Of a stretch of DNA of 64,000 nt, positions 34,482 through 44,929 are shown in pieces (positions within the stretch are counted from its first letter, which is position 1; each line of letters opens with the position of its first letter). Below the pieces are notes generated by a model. That model was not told the origin of the DNA and made no database searches. It saw only the letters and a program-made list of their open reading frames with translations. The stretch is taken from contig CAZSUH010000004.1 of NCBI GenBank assembly GCA_964609905.1, positions 971 through 64,970 of the forward strand, given 5' to 3'. A program made the translations under genes and the position numbers. This stretch comes from an uncultured Verrucomicrobiota bacterium (GTDB taxonomy: Bacteria; Verrucomicrobiota; Kiritimatiellia; CAIKKV01).

Positions 34482-35638
34482 GCGAACGCCCCCAGTATTC
34501 CGCCTTCCACAGAAAAACCAACTGGCTGGCCGCCCTCGTTTGCGAATGCCTGGCACCGTTGCTCCGGGCGTATGCCCATCGCCGCTGCGGAAAGACGGTC
34601 TCGGATCCGCGGTCCTGGGAAAAGGCGCTCCTGCTGGGGGACAACCATATCGGGGACATTCTGTACCGGACCTGTTCCCTGGATGCGCTCAAACGGGGTT
34701 TGCCGCAGTGCGATTTCTATTATCTGACGGACCCGAATACCGCCGTGTTGCTGGAAGGAAATCCGGCCATCCGGTCGGTGCTGCCCTGGGCGCGTTCGGA
34801 TTCGACAAGGGATCTCCTGCCGTGCCATCTGACCGAGTTGAAAGCCTTCCGTTTCGATGCGGTGCTGTCGACCAATCCCATCCGGTATTGGCCAGAATTG
34901 GCGTTGGCCGTATCGTTGGGGGCGCCGAATCGCGCCGGGTATACGCATAAAGGGTTTTCCGGCTGGGTGACACACCCCATGCCCATCCGCTATCCGCAGC
35001 CCTTTCCAGCCTATTTTCGGGACTACGTGGCAGCCCTGACCGGGCAAGCGCCGGTTTGGCCGTTGCGCCCACGCCTGTATCCGCGCGCCTCCGATCAAGA
35101 GGCGGCCCGTGTTGCCTGGGAGAAGCTCGAACCGGATTCCCGGCGTCCGGTGCTGGCCTGTTTCATGACCACCCGGCAACCCCTGGGCGCCCTTCCGATG
35201 GAATTGATCGGCCCGATCCTCCAGGAGATTAAACGACAAGCCAATGCCCAGCTTCTCCTGATGGGAACAACGGCCGATGCCTCCCTTTTGGAGCAGGTCA
35301 ACCGGCGGTATGGCTTGGATGCCCAAGTGCTGGCGGGAACGCTCGGGTTGGGCGCGCTTTCCGCTTTCCTGGGGCATTGCGACGCAGTCTTGACAACGGA
35401 TTCGGGGCCCCGTCACCTGGCGAATGCGGCCGGGGTTCCGGTGTTCTTTTTCCGGAATCTTTGGTCTTCCTGCGTCGAGACGGGATGTTATACAGTCACG
35501 GAAACGGACCTGTGTCCCAGGGGGCTCGAACGTCTGAGCGATGCGGAGCAGAGGCGGGTGTTGTCCGGGATTTCACCCGGCGTTCCCGCCGGCCAGGTCG
35601 TACAGAAGCTGAGGAGACAAGATGCGACGGGTGATTAA
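34478..35638 (+). CDS. Glycosyltransferase family 9-like
   Basis: (V/M)SERPQY...LLLGDNHIGDILYRTCSLDALK...VLTTDSGPRHLANAAGVP. The proposed GTG start is in a GTGA overlap with the preceding ORF. The track's 482-aa form begins inside the fragment. Confidence 0.72.
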   Translation: MSERPQYSAFHRKTNWLAALVCECLAPLLRAYAHRRCGKTVSDPRSWEKALLLGDNHIGDILYRTCSLDALKRGLPQCDFYYLTDPNTAVLLEGNPAIRSVLPWARSDSTRDLLPCHLTELKAFRFDAVLSTNPIRYWPELALAVSLGAPNRAGYTHKGFSGWVTHPMPIRYPQPFPAYFRDYVAALTGQAPVWPLRPRLYPRASDQEAARVAWEKLEPDSRRPVLACFMTTRQPLGALPMELIGPILQEIKRQANAQLLLMGTTADASLLEQVNRRYGLDAQVLAGTLGLGALSAFLGHCDAVLTTDSGPRHLANAAGVPVFFFRNLWSSCVETGCYTVTETDLCPRGLERLSDAEQRRVLSGISPGVPAGQVVQKLRRQDATGD

Positions 35639-35818
35639 TTCGTGCGTCCAGCATTTAAGGCCGATTCGCCGGGCGCTGTTCCCCCATTTCCAGATGTCAT
35701 CCATGGCGACATCGTTTGCGTGCGGGAGAAGGAGCGGGTGGGCTCAATCTTGTCCCGCAAGGATGGCGGGAGTAACCGGACATGAAGCCGGTGTTTACCG
35801 GCCAGGAGCGTTCGTAAC

Positions 35819-36565
35819 ATGCAGGCGCTGGAAAAGCTGAAGCAAACCGCGCGTCTTCTGGAGGCGCGGGTCACGCCCCGACGAAGCCGCATCGAATGGG
35901 CCGGCCAGACCTTGCGGGTGGTGCGATCCCTGTGGTGGGACGAAACCCCACAGCGGAACTTCCGCGAGGAGATTGTCCTCTATCTCAACGCATTGCCGAA
36001 AAACGCGGATTACCGTGTGATCGTGGACGCCGGTGCGGCCACCGGTCTGTTTTCCATGGCGGCGGCGATTTCGTTTCCGGATGCGTCTGTCTTTGCGTTC
36101 GAACCGTCAGCGAGGCAGGGCGTCTTATTGCGAAGGAATATCCGGCTCAACGCGTTGGATCGGCGAATCACGGTTATTAACATGGGCTTGTGGGAACGCA
36201 ACGATGTGCTGGCCTTCCGGACGCATGGCGCGATCAGCTCCCTGCAATCCGTTTCCCAACTTCCCCCGGGATATCCTTTTCTCGAAAAAATCCGCGTGAT
36301 CCCCCTGGACCAATGGGCCATTGAAGCCGGGGTGGGCCCTGTCGCGCTGATCAAAATGGATATCGAGGGAGCGGAAATCGAGGCGCTGCGGGGTGCTGAG
36401 AAAATCCTGCGAAGCCACCATCCGGATCTTCTGGTGCAAGCCTATCACCTGCGGGACGGGAAACGGACGTTGGAGACCTGTGCCGCATTTCTGAACACAT
36501 GCGGGTATGCCTGCCAGGAGCTGGAAGGTCAGCCGGGAATGCTCCGCGCTACCCATGGTCGTTGA
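35819..36565 (+). CDS. FkbM-family methyltransferase
   Basis: VIVDAGAATGLFSMAAA...VFAFEPS...IKMDIEGAEIEALRGA. Confidence 0.8.
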   Translation: MQALEKLKQTARLLEARVTPRRSRIEWAGQTLRVVRSLWWDETPQRNFREEIVLYLNALPKNADYRVIVDAGAATGLFSMAAAISFPDASVFAFEPSARQGVLLRRNIRLNALDRRITVINMGLWERNDVLAFRTHGAISSLQSVSQLPPGYPFLEKIRVIPLDQWAIEAGVGPVALIKMDIEGAEIEALRGAEKILRSHHPDLLVQAYHLRDGKRTLETCAAFLNTCGYACQELEGQPGMLRATHGR

Positions 36566-36622
36566 GGAAAAAATGCGTCACTCTCGCACGGAGCGCCAGA
36601 AACTAAACGGAATGAGCGTGCC

Positions 36623-38086
36623 ATGAACGTGCCGGCCCTCAAACGCCGAATCTTGCAGGCTTCCCTTACGCTGGGCTGCGCTTTACTCGCCCTGTCGTTC
36701 ATCAAACGGAGCGCCGAACAGGGTTTGATGAACGTGACCGCAACCCTGACGAAATACCTGGTCCTGGCCTGGGCCGTCGTCGCGGGCGACAAGTGGTGGG
36801 TGATCATGCCGGTTTCCGTGGCTGTGGGAGGGACCTTTTTTTACGAATACAAGCTCTACCCCCATGAACTCGCTTTGCTTCTATGCGCGCTGGCCCTGTT
36901 GCCGGTGATTGCGCTGAAACGCAAGCCCTTTCCGGATCGGGCCCCGTTACCCCTCTCCTGTTATGGGTTGCTGGGGCTTTTCGCGATCAACTGGGCCGTA
37001 AGCGTCTATGCGGCCGACTTTCGGGATTTCGGTCGTGTGGGAAGTCTGACACGCCCTTACTTGCAGGGGCTTTGGGCGCTTTTGTTCGGGATCCTGTTTT
37101 ATAGGTACGGCTTACTCAAACCCCGTTTGCTGCTGGGCCTCTTGTATGCGGCCTTTCTGGTGCGTGCCCTTCTATCGGTCGGGGCTTTCTTCTTTGCTGA
37201 TGTTGTCACAAACCCGAAATTCGGTTTCGCTTTCATGAGCGAAACGCTGGGTGTTCACGATTTGCGGCAGGCCGGCATCCAGACGGTCCTGTTGGGGTTC
37301 ATGTTCGCGAAATTGGCGAAGGGGAACATCTGGAAGGCCGTCAACTATGGAATCATGGGGATGGCCGCAATCCTCGTCGCTTTAGGCGGGGGACGGGTGA
37401 GTGTCGTGATGGTCTGCGTTATTCCGTTGATTTGGGGATTCATCCGGAAAAAATGGGGCCTGATGACGGGGATCAGCGCGGTTGGGCTGGGCCTGGTTAT
37501 CTTCATCAATCAAAACACCCATATGTTGTATAAGCTTCCGCCCACGGCGCGACGCGCGCTTTCCGTTTTGGTCGCCGAAACATCGACGTCGTGGGTGGAC
37601 TGGCACATCTCCAATCAATCCAGCAATTACTGGCATCGCTATCTGGCCGAGATGGGATGGAAGCGATGGACCCGCAATCCCGCAACCTTTTTGTTCGGCG
37701 ATCGGGTGAAGCCGTTCGATGAGGCGTACCACGCCTATTCCACCAGTCTGGAAACCCGAGCCGAAATCGCCGCCCAACTCGGGTCCTATGAATCCGGGTT
37801 ATGGAGCATTCTGGGAGTCCTGGGCGCGGTGGGAGCCGGCCTTTATATCGCCCTCTTCAGGCACTTTCTTGGCCCGGTCCTGAGCGCGGTGCGAAAGGAA
37901 GGCGTTCGCGACGCGGCGCACGCGTTGGGGTGTTTGGCCATTATTCAATTCGCGCTCTGGTCCCTCTTCTGCTGGACGGCGGGAGGGCTCCCCAGTTATG
38001 AACTCATGATGGCTTTCTTCGCCCATGTGGCCTGTTCCGATGACCTGTCCCGGCGAGCGGATTCGATGGAGCACAACCCGTCGTGA
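36623..38086 (+). CDS. O-antigen ligase/polymerase-like (Wzy/WaaL-type) polytopic membrane protein
   Basis: 487 aa with at least 10 hydrophobic segments and a large late loop (...WHRYLAEMGWKRW...YHAYSTSLE...). Located in a glycan operon. The family call is tentative. Confidence 0.55.
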   Translation: MNVPALKRRILQASLTLGCALLALSFIKRSAEQGLMNVTATLTKYLVLAWAVVAGDKWWVIMPVSVAVGGTFFYEYKLYPHELALLLCALALLPVIALKRKPFPDRAPLPLSCYGLLGLFAINWAVSVYAADFRDFGRVGSLTRPYLQGLWALLFGILFYRYGLLKPRLLLGLLYAAFLVRALLSVGAFFFADVVTNPKFGFAFMSETLGVHDLRQAGIQTVLLGFMFAKLAKGNIWKAVNYGIMGMAAILVALGGGRVSVVMVCVIPLIWGFIRKKWGLMTGISAVGLGLVIFINQNTHMLYKLPPTARRALSVLVAETSTSWVDWHISNQSSNYWHRYLAEMGWKRWTRNPATFLFGDRVKPFDEAYHAYSTSLETRAEIAAQLGSYESGLWSILGVLGAVGAGLYIALFRHFLGPVLSAVRKEGVRDAAHALGCLAIIQFALWSLFCWTAGGLPSYELMMAFFAHVACSDDLSRRADSMEHNPS

Positions 38087-39216
38087 ACAACCGGCTGACC
38101 GTTTTCATAGACGCGCATATGGTCGGTGCGCGTGAATCGGGGAATGAACGATACGCGCTCAATCTGGTTGGCGCGTTGCAGGCCCTCGATCTGCCGGCGG
38201 ATTTTCTCGTGGCGGTGACCAATCCGGCGGCTTTTGACGGCATACTCAGGCCGTCTCCGCATTGGCGGTTCATGCCCGTTTCCCCATCGCCCTGGCGCAG
38301 GCTGTTTGTCGACCTGCCTCGCTTGGTCCAACAGGAAAAGCCATCGGTGCTCCACGTCACCTATGCCGGACCGGTCCGCTGCACGTGCCCGATCGTGTCC
38401 ACGGTCCACGACGTCTCATTCCTGGCGCATCCGGAGTGGTTTTCGTTCCGCGATCGGGTTGTGCTCCGCGCCGGGGTGGGCGCCACCCTTGCACGGGGTG
38501 CGTCGGTCCTGACCGTCAGCGATTTCTCGAAAGTGGAAATCGGCGACTATTACCGAGTGCCGGCGGACCGGATTCAGGTGACCAAGGAGGCTGCCGATCC
38601 GCGTTTCCGTGTCTTGACGCCCGGTGAATCCGGCGTGGATCGCCTCCTCGAAATGGGGATCCGCCTCCCCTACGTGCTGGCGGTCGGCAATCTTCAACCC
38701 CGAAAAAATTTGGCCCGCCTCGTCGAATCGTTTGTGCGGTTGAAACAGGAGTCCCCCATCCCCCATCAACTGGTTCTGGCGGGGAAAGCCCAATGGAAAC
38801 AATCCGACCTGTACGAGGCGATCCGCCGTTCCGGCGTCGAAAAGGACGTTCTCGCCACCGGCTACATCACGGACGATGCGCTCGTGAGCCTCTATAACGC
38901 GGCCGATGTCTTTGTGTATCCGTCCTTGTACGAGGGCTTTGGCCTCCCCGTGCTGGAGGCCATGGCGTGCGGCGTTCCCGTGGTGGCCTCCCAGACCACG
39001 TCGATTCCCGAGGTTGCCGGCGACGCCGCGCTCCTCGTCGATCCGCTGGACACACGCGAGCTTGCCAAGGCCATCGGCCGCGTCCTGCTGGACCGGCCGC
39101 TTCATGAAACATTGCGCGCCAAAGGGCTGAAACAGGCCGCAACTTTTTCCTGGGCGAAGACGGCTCGGGAGACGTGGGACTGGTATTGCCGCGTGGCGGC
39201 GGGCGGTCCGCCATGA
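38083..39216 (+). CDS. Glycosyltransferase family 4 (GT-B)
   Basis: ...VGNLQPRKN...PSLYEGFGLPVLEAMACGVPVVAS...EVAGDAALLVDP (EX7E region). ATGA overlap with the upstream gene. Confidence 0.85.
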   Translation: MNNRLTVFIDAHMVGARESGNERYALNLVGALQALDLPADFLVAVTNPAAFDGILRPSPHWRFMPVSPSPWRRLFVDLPRLVQQEKPSVLHVTYAGPVRCTCPIVSTVHDVSFLAHPEWFSFRDRVVLRAGVGATLARGASVLTVSDFSKVEIGDYYRVPADRIQVTKEAADPRFRVLTPGESGVDRLLEMGIRLPYVLAVGNLQPRKNLARLVESFVRLKQESPIPHQLVLAGKAQWKQSDLYEAIRRSGVEKDVLATGYITDDALVSLYNAADVFVYPSLYEGFGLPVLEAMACGVPVVASQTTSIPEVAGDAALLVDPLDTRELAKAIGRVLLDRPLHETLRAKGLKQAATFSWAKTARETWDWYCRVAAGGPP

Positions 39217-40385
39217 AAATAGCCTTTCTCGGCTCCCGCGGCGTTCCCGCCCGGTACAGCGGATTCGAAACATTTTACGAGCAACTGGGCGCGCGGCTGG
39301 CGGCGCGCGGCCATACCGTGACCGTCTATAACCGGAGCCATTTCATCCGGGATGTTCGGGGGGATTACCGGGGCATGCGCCTGGTCTCCCTGCCGGCCAT
39401 CCGGACCAAGCACCTGGAAACGCTCTCCCACACGTTCCTCTCCACGCTTCATGCGCTGACCCGGAATTACGATATCGTCTACTACTGCATCGCCGGCAAC
39501 AGCCCCCTGGTCTGGCTCCCGCGCCTGACCGGCGCCCGCGTGCTGCTGAACGTGGACGGCCAGGATTGGGCCCGCGAGAAATGGGGGCCTCTCGCCCGGG
39601 CCTACCAGCGCGGGTGCGAACGCGTCGCCATCCGGACCGCCCAGGTGCTGATTGCCGATTCCAAGGTCATCCAGCGGCGCTACCGGGAACAGTACAACGC
39701 CGCAACCGTGTTTGTCCCGTACGGCGCCAATGCCGCCCGTGACGAGGGCACGGAGGCGCTTCGAAAATGGGGACTTCAGCCCCGCCGTTATCTCTTTTAC
39801 GTCGGCCGTTTTGTCCCCGAAAACTGCATCGACCTGCTGATCCGGGCGTTCCTCCAACTGCGGACGGACATGCGGCTTGTCCTGGTCGGCGACGCGCCGT
39901 ATGCCGACGCCTACAAAAAGAGGTTGCTGGACATGGCCGACGACCGGGTTGTGTTCACGGGTTACGCCTTCGGCCGGGACTACGCCCAGTTGAGCAGCCA
40001 CGCCTACGCCGCCATCCAGCCGTCCGCCGTGGACGGCACGCGACCCGCCCTCCTGGATCAACTGGGATTCGGCAACTGCGTGCTGGTTCGAAACTCGCCG
40101 GCCAATGCCGAGGTGGTGGCGGATTGCGGCGCTTATTTCGACACGGCTCGGGCCGAGGCGGATCTGCCCGTCAAGCTGCAACACCTCCTTGACCAACCCG
40201 ACACCGTCGAGGCCTACCGCGCCCGCGCGGTCTTGCGCATCCGCACCTATTACCAGTGGGACTGGATCGCGGCTTTCTACGAGGATCTCTTCCTGCGCAT
40301 GAAGTCGGGCGTGCCGTTGGTGTCCTATGACGACGACCCGAGGCGTTCCGAACCCTTTCCGATTGTCAAAAACGAACGACTCTGA
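39213..40385 (+). CDS. Glycosyltransferase family 4 with a DUF1972-type N-terminus
   Basis: MKIAFLGSRGVPARYSGFETFYEQLGARLAARGH...YLFYVGRFVPENCIDLL. ATGA overlap. The start was moved to 39213. Confidence 0.8.
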   Translation: MKIAFLGSRGVPARYSGFETFYEQLGARLAARGHTVTVYNRSHFIRDVRGDYRGMRLVSLPAIRTKHLETLSHTFLSTLHALTRNYDIVYYCIAGNSPLVWLPRLTGARVLLNVDGQDWAREKWGPLARAYQRGCERVAIRTAQVLIADSKVIQRRYREQYNAATVFVPYGANAARDEGTEALRKWGLQPRRYLFYVGRFVPENCIDLLIRAFLQLRTDMRLVLVGDAPYADAYKKRLLDMADDRVVFTGYAFGRDYAQLSSHAYAAIQPSAVDGTRPALLDQLGFGNCVLVRNSPANAEVVADCGAYFDTARAEADLPVKLQHLLDQPDTVEAYRARAVLRIRTYYQWDWIAAFYEDLFLRMKSGVPLVSYDDDPRRSEPFPIVKNERL

Positions 40386-40399
40386 TTTAATCGAAAAGC

Positions 40400-41407
40400 A
40401 TGAACATTCTCGTCACAGGGTCCGCCGGTTTCATCGGGTTCCACCTTTCCAAGCGCCTGCTCGAAAACGGACATTCGGTCGTGGGCCTCGACAACCTGAA
40501 CGCCTACTACGACCCTCGGCTCAAGGAAGCCCGTCTGGCGATTCTGAACCGACAACCTGGTTTTTCATTCACCCGGACCGACCTGGCGGACGAGTCCGGC
40601 ATGGCCCGCCTGTTTGCGGATCATGCGTTCGACCGTGTCCTGCATCTCGCGGCCCAGGCAGGCGTGCGCTACTCGCTCGAAAAACCGCTCGTCTATGCCG
40701 CCAGCAACCTGACGGGATTCGCCCACATCCTGGAAGGCTGCCGCCGCCAGCAGACGCCCCACCTGGTCTACGCCTCAAGCAGTTCGGTCTACGGGCTCAA
40801 CCGGTCGCTTCCCTTCTCGGTTCATCAGAATGTGGATCACCCCATTTCGCTCTACGCGGCCACCAAAAAGGCCAACGAACTGATGGCCCACGCCTACGCC
40901 CACTTGTACAAACGGCCCGCCACGGGATTGCGGTTCTTCACCGTGTACGGGCCCTGGGGCCGGCCCGATATGGCGCCTTTCAAATTCACCAAGGCCATTC
41001 TCGAGGGAAAACCCATTGACGTTTACAACCATGGCGACATGGAACGCGACTTCACCTATATCGACGACATCGTCGAGGGGATCGTCCGGGTGATGGACCG
41101 CATCCCCGCCGGCGATCCCGCCTGGTCCGCGGAACACCCCGATCCCGCCACGTCGCAAGCGCCCTATCGCCTCTATAACATCGGGAACCACAGCCCCGTC
41201 AAGCTCGGTTATTTCATCGCCTGCATCGAAAAGGCCACCGGCCGCAAAGCCGTGAAAAACTACCTGCCCATGCAACCCGGCGATCTTCCCGCCACCTGCG
41301 CCGATGTCTCCGACCTGGCGCGGGACGTGGGGTTCAACCCCGCCACCCCGATTGAAGTCGGCATCCAGCGCTTTGTGGACTGGTATCGGGGCTTTTACCG
41401 AACATGA
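40400..41407 (+). CDS. NAD-dependent epimerase (UDP-glucuronate 4-epimerase-like SDR)
   Basis: MNILVTGSAGFIGFHL...ASSSSVYG...YAATKKANELMAHAY...RFFTVYGPWGRPDMA. Confidence 0.85.
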   Translation: MNILVTGSAGFIGFHLSKRLLENGHSVVGLDNLNAYYDPRLKEARLAILNRQPGFSFTRTDLADESGMARLFADHAFDRVLHLAAQAGVRYSLEKPLVYAASNLTGFAHILEGCRRQQTPHLVYASSSSVYGLNRSLPFSVHQNVDHPISLYAATKKANELMAHAYAHLYKRPATGLRFFTVYGPWGRPDMAPFKFTKAILEGKPIDVYNHGDMERDFTYIDDIVEGIVRVMDRIPAGDPAWSAEHPDPATSQAPYRLYNIGNHSPVKLGYFIACIEKATGRKAVKNYLPMQPGDLPATCADVSDLARDVGFNPATPIEVGIQRFVDWYRGFYRT

Positions 41408-42930
41408 CGGAGTCGCACCATACCACCCTGACGCGACTGGGCGCCATCGCCGGACTCGTCGGAGTGTTCCTTCTGGCCTGTCTGATGCCGACCTCGGACA
41501 GTTTCTGGATTGACGAGACCTCGACCCGCCTATATGCGTCAGAACCGACCCTATCCGCGCTGCAGGCGCGGATACTGGCGGACAGGGGATCGGAGGCCCA
41601 GATGCCGTTGGGGATGCTCGCGTTTTGGATGTGGGATAAAGCGGCCGGTTCTTCCGAATGGAGTTTTCGAGCCCTGAACATCGTGTGGGTTCTGGTCGCC
41701 GCCGCCGCGCTATTTCTGACCGGCCGCCGCCTGGAACTGCCGACGCTTCCGTTTTGGCTGATCCTCCAACCCTTCGTCTGGTTTTACGCCAACGAGGCGC
41801 GGCCCTATCTCATGCAGATCGCGGGCGCCGCCTGGTTACTCCATGGCATGATCGTGTGCCTCCAGACACGCGCCTCGGGATCGTTCTGGGCGGTCGCATG
41901 GATATCCGGAGCGCTCCTCGTCACAGGCGCGTCCATGCTCGGCGCCGTCGCGCTACTTGCCGCCGCTGCCATCACCGGGGGATTCCTGGCCGTCAACCGC
42001 CTGCGTCCCACAGGGCCGGCCCTCCTGATCCTCGGGGCGGGCTTCCTGCTGTTGGCGCCGCTCGGGCTGTATTTCCTTCATACCCTCAGGCTCGGCGCCG
42101 GTGGCGCAAAGCTCTGGTCGGTGGGCGGGCACAACGTGGCGTTCGCCGGATATGAACTGGCCGGTTTTCTCGGACTGGGCCCCGGCCGGCTGGAAATCCG
42201 GGAGGCGGCGCGAGCCGGCCTGCCAGCCCTGGCCGTTCTGTTCACGCCCTACTGCATCGGCTTGGGCCTCCTGGCCCTTCTATATATCCTGCTCGTCCTT
42301 TCCCGGCCGCGGGCGCTGGGGCGTGAACACCGGCCCGCGATCGCCCTTGTCGCCGGGCATGCCGCCCTGACCGCCGCGCTGCTGCTGGTTGCCGGGCACG
42401 CTGCTGGTTTCCCTTTTTGGGGCCGGCATGCGGCGCCCCTGTTACCGGCCTGGGCCCTCCTGGTAGGCTGGACCGCCGACCGTTCGTCTGGAGGATCGCC
42501 TGTCCGGCCGGCGGCGTTTCTGCCCCCCCTCGCTCTGGCTCTCATCCTCCTCGCCTCTTCGCTTAGCATCCGGTTCGCGGAACGGCACCGCAAGGACGAT
42601 TACCGGCGTGCCGCGGCGATCGCCCGGAAAGCCGCCGGTCTCGGCGCACGGGTAGGATGGGCCGCGGACAGCCGAACTGCCCGTTATTACGGCGTGCCGT
42701 TCGTCGCCTCCCCCGGTCACGCGGGCGTCTTCGAGATTCCCGCGAATCTGGCCGAACGCTTCGATTCCGCCATGGCGGATCCCCTCCCAGACCCGATCAT
42801 CCTGTCCAAGCCGGATCTATTCGATCCCGCCGGTCGCCTGGACCGCTGGCTGGACGCCCACCGTTACCAACGCCGACAAACCTTCCCGGGCTTCTCCGTC
42901 TGGGTTCGCCCGGCGGTACCGCACTCCTGA
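41404..42930 (+). CDS. GT-C-fold (ArnT/PMT-like, GT39/83-type) membrane glycosyltransferase
   Basis: 508 aa and polytopic. The first-loop motif SFWIDETSTRLYA resembles a DE motif. ATGA overlap with the epimerase. Confidence 0.6.
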   Translation: MTESHHTTLTRLGAIAGLVGVFLLACLMPTSDSFWIDETSTRLYASEPTLSALQARILADRGSEAQMPLGMLAFWMWDKAAGSSEWSFRALNIVWVLVAAAALFLTGRRLELPTLPFWLILQPFVWFYANEARPYLMQIAGAAWLLHGMIVCLQTRASGSFWAVAWISGALLVTGASMLGAVALLAAAAITGGFLAVNRLRPTGPALLILGAGFLLLAPLGLYFLHTLRLGAGGAKLWSVGGHNVAFAGYELAGFLGLGPGRLEIREAARAGLPALAVLFTPYCIGLGLLALLYILLVLSRPRALGREHRPAIALVAGHAALTAALLLVAGHAAGFPFWGRHAAPLLPAWALLVGWTADRSSGGSPVRPAAFLPPLALALILLASSLSIRFAERHRKDDYRRAAAIARKAAGLGARVGWAADSRTARYYGVPFVASPGHAGVFEIPANLAERFDSAMADPLPDPIILSKPDLFDPAGRLDRWLDAHRYQRRQTFPGFSVWVRPAVPHS

Positions 42931-42944
42931 GGTTCACGCATCCC

Positions 42945-44078
42945 ATGCCCACCATCCTCATTATCGGGTCCGGCCTGTTCGGCGCCACGGTGGCCGAGCA
43001 GTGCGCTTCCCGGCAGGGATGCCGCGTGATCGTGCTCGAAAAGCGCGACCATCCCGGCGGCAACTGCTACTCCGCACCCTGCCCGAAAACGGGCATCGAA
43101 GTGCACCGATACGGGTCCCACATTTTTCACACCCACCAACCGGAAGTCTGGCGCTATGCCACTCGCTTCACCACTTTCAACGACTACCGACACACCGTCT
43201 GGATCCGGCGCGGCAATCGCATCTACCCCATGCCCGTCACACTCGCTACGCTCAATGCGTTTTACGGCACTGCATTCTCCCCGGCGGAAGCCCGCGCCCA
43301 TCTCGCGCGGGAAGCCGCCGCCACTGGCATCACCGAACCCCGCAACCTCGAGGAAAAGGCCTTGTCTCTCGTCGGGCGTCCCCTGTACGAGGCCTTCATC
43401 CGCGATTATACCTTCAAGCAGTGGGGAGTTCCATCCTCCCGACTTCCTTCCGACATCATTACCCGCCTTCCTGTGCGCTACACTTACGACCTCCGCTACT
43501 ATGACGATCCGCTACAGGGAATCCCCGCCGATGGCTACGGCAGCCTGATTGCCCGCATGCTGGCGCACCCGGCCATCGAGCTGCGCCTGAAAACCGACTT
43601 CTTCAACGTCCGGAACGACCTCCCGCCTCATGACTGCCTGGTCTACACCGGGGCGATCGACCGCTATTTCAATTGCGCCTTCGGACCACTGGGGTGGCGC
43701 AGCGTCCGGTTCGACCGTCAAACGCTCGATCTCGAGGACTTTCAAGGCACGGCCGTCATGAACATGGGGGATCCTGAGGTCCCCGCCACCCGTGTGCACG
43801 AATATAAACACTTCACGCCGGAACGCCGATTCCCCGGTCACACGGTCGTGGATCACGAATATGCCGGCTCCTGCGGTCCGGATGTGGACCCTTATTATCC
43901 AATGCGAACGGAAGACGATCGGCGGCGCATCGAGCGCTATCGGGCCGAAGCCCAACGGCTGGCCCCCCGCATCCTGTTCGGAGGACGGCTTGGCTCCTAC
44001 CAGTACCTGGACATGGACGACGCCATCGCAGCCGGTCTCGCCTGCGCCGACCAAATCGGGAACAGCCTGCGTGCCTGA
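42945..44078 (+). CDS. glf: UDP-galactopyranose mutase
   Basis: MPTILIIGSGLFGATVAEQCA...VLEKRDHPGGNCYS...HRYGSHIFHT...YTFKQWG...EYAGSCGPDVDPYYP...GRLGSYQYLDMD. The start was moved to the ATG at 42945. Confidence 0.9.
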   Translation: MPTILIIGSGLFGATVAEQCASRQGCRVIVLEKRDHPGGNCYSAPCPKTGIEVHRYGSHIFHTHQPEVWRYATRFTTFNDYRHTVWIRRGNRIYPMPVTLATLNAFYGTAFSPAEARAHLAREAAATGITEPRNLEEKALSLVGRPLYEAFIRDYTFKQWGVPSSRLPSDIITRLPVRYTYDLRYYDDPLQGIPADGYGSLIARMLAHPAIELRLKTDFFNVRNDLPPHDCLVYTGAIDRYFNCAFGPLGWRSVRFDRQTLDLEDFQGTAVMNMGDPEVPATRVHEYKHFTPERRFPGHTVVDHEYAGSCGPDVDPYYPMRTEDDRRRIERYRAEAQRLAPRILFGGRLGSYQYLDMDDAIAAGLACADQIGNSLRA

Positions 44079-44817
44079 TGCCCCTCCATCGTCACCGCTC
44101 GTTGAACTGGCCGTGGTGATGCCGGTCTACAACGAGGAGTCCTGCATCGCCCGCGTCCTCAACGACTGGCGCGAGGCGCTGGCCGTCATCCCGGTCCGGT
44201 TCCTGATTATCGTGGTCAACGACGGCTCGCAAGATGGCACGCCTCGGGCGCTCGAGCCCTTCGAAACCGATCGCCGGTTCCGTATCATCCACCAGCCCAA
44301 CGCCGGTCATGGCCCCGCGATTCTCACGGGCTACAACCTGGCGATCCGGGAGGCCGATTGGATTTTCCAATGCGACAGCGACGACGAAATCTCCTCGTCA
44401 AACTTCGCCCAGTTCTGGGCAATTCGTGAACACTATGACGCCCTTTTCGGGGTGCGTACCCGCCGCCGCCAGAACTGGGACCGCTGGCTGATCACACGTG
44501 CCGCGGGCCTGTTTGTCAGGCTCCTGTTCGGCAAGGGTGTCCTGGATGTTAATGTGCCGTTCCGTCTGTTCCGCGGAAGCCTTCTCAAGCCCCTGCTGCC
44601 CATGATCCCGCCGGGCTCGTTCACGCCCAACTTGATCCTTGCGGGGGCCGTGACGCAAACCGGCGGGCGCATTGCCAATATTCCGGTCTGTCACGTCAAC
44701 CGGCGAACCGGCAAGCCGTCGTTGGCCAACGTGAAATTGTGGAAAACCGCTCTCCGCTCCCTGTGGCAAATCTGGGTTCTGGCCCATCTGTTCCGGAAGC
44801 GGATACAAAAAACCTGA
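44071..44817 (+). CDS. Glycosyltransferase family 2 (candidate galactofuranosyltransferase, by context)
   Basis: LAVVMPVYNEESCI...IIVVNDGSQDGT...CDSDDE. The start is uncertain. An in-frame GTG at 44071 overlaps the glf end, while the ATG at 44119 would truncate the first beta-strand. Confidence 0.75.
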   Translation: MPDAPPSSPLVELAVVMPVYNEESCIARVLNDWREALAVIPVRFLIIVVNDGSQDGTPRALEPFETDRRFRIIHQPNAGHGPAILTGYNLAIREADWIFQCDSDDEISSSNFAQFWAIREHYDALFGVRTRRRQNWDRWLITRAAGLFVRLLFGKGVLDVNVPFRLFRGSLLKPLLPMIPPGSFTPNLILAGAVTQTGGRIANIPVCHVNRRTGKPSLANVKLWKTALRSLWQIWVLAHLFRKRIQKT

Positions 44818-44929
44818 ATCGACGCGGAATACTTTCCGGTCCGTCCTCTCGCCGGGCCCTCGTCACTGCCCTGCCTGTCGGATTACCTTTAGGCTTTTCT
44901 TTTCCCGCTTTTTAAGGCATCGTCAACAT

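Noticed and set aside
35770-35818. 10-codon upstream mini-ORF (MKPVFTGQERS*) ending just before the FkbM start
   Set aside because: It is too short and unremarkable to distinguish from chance.
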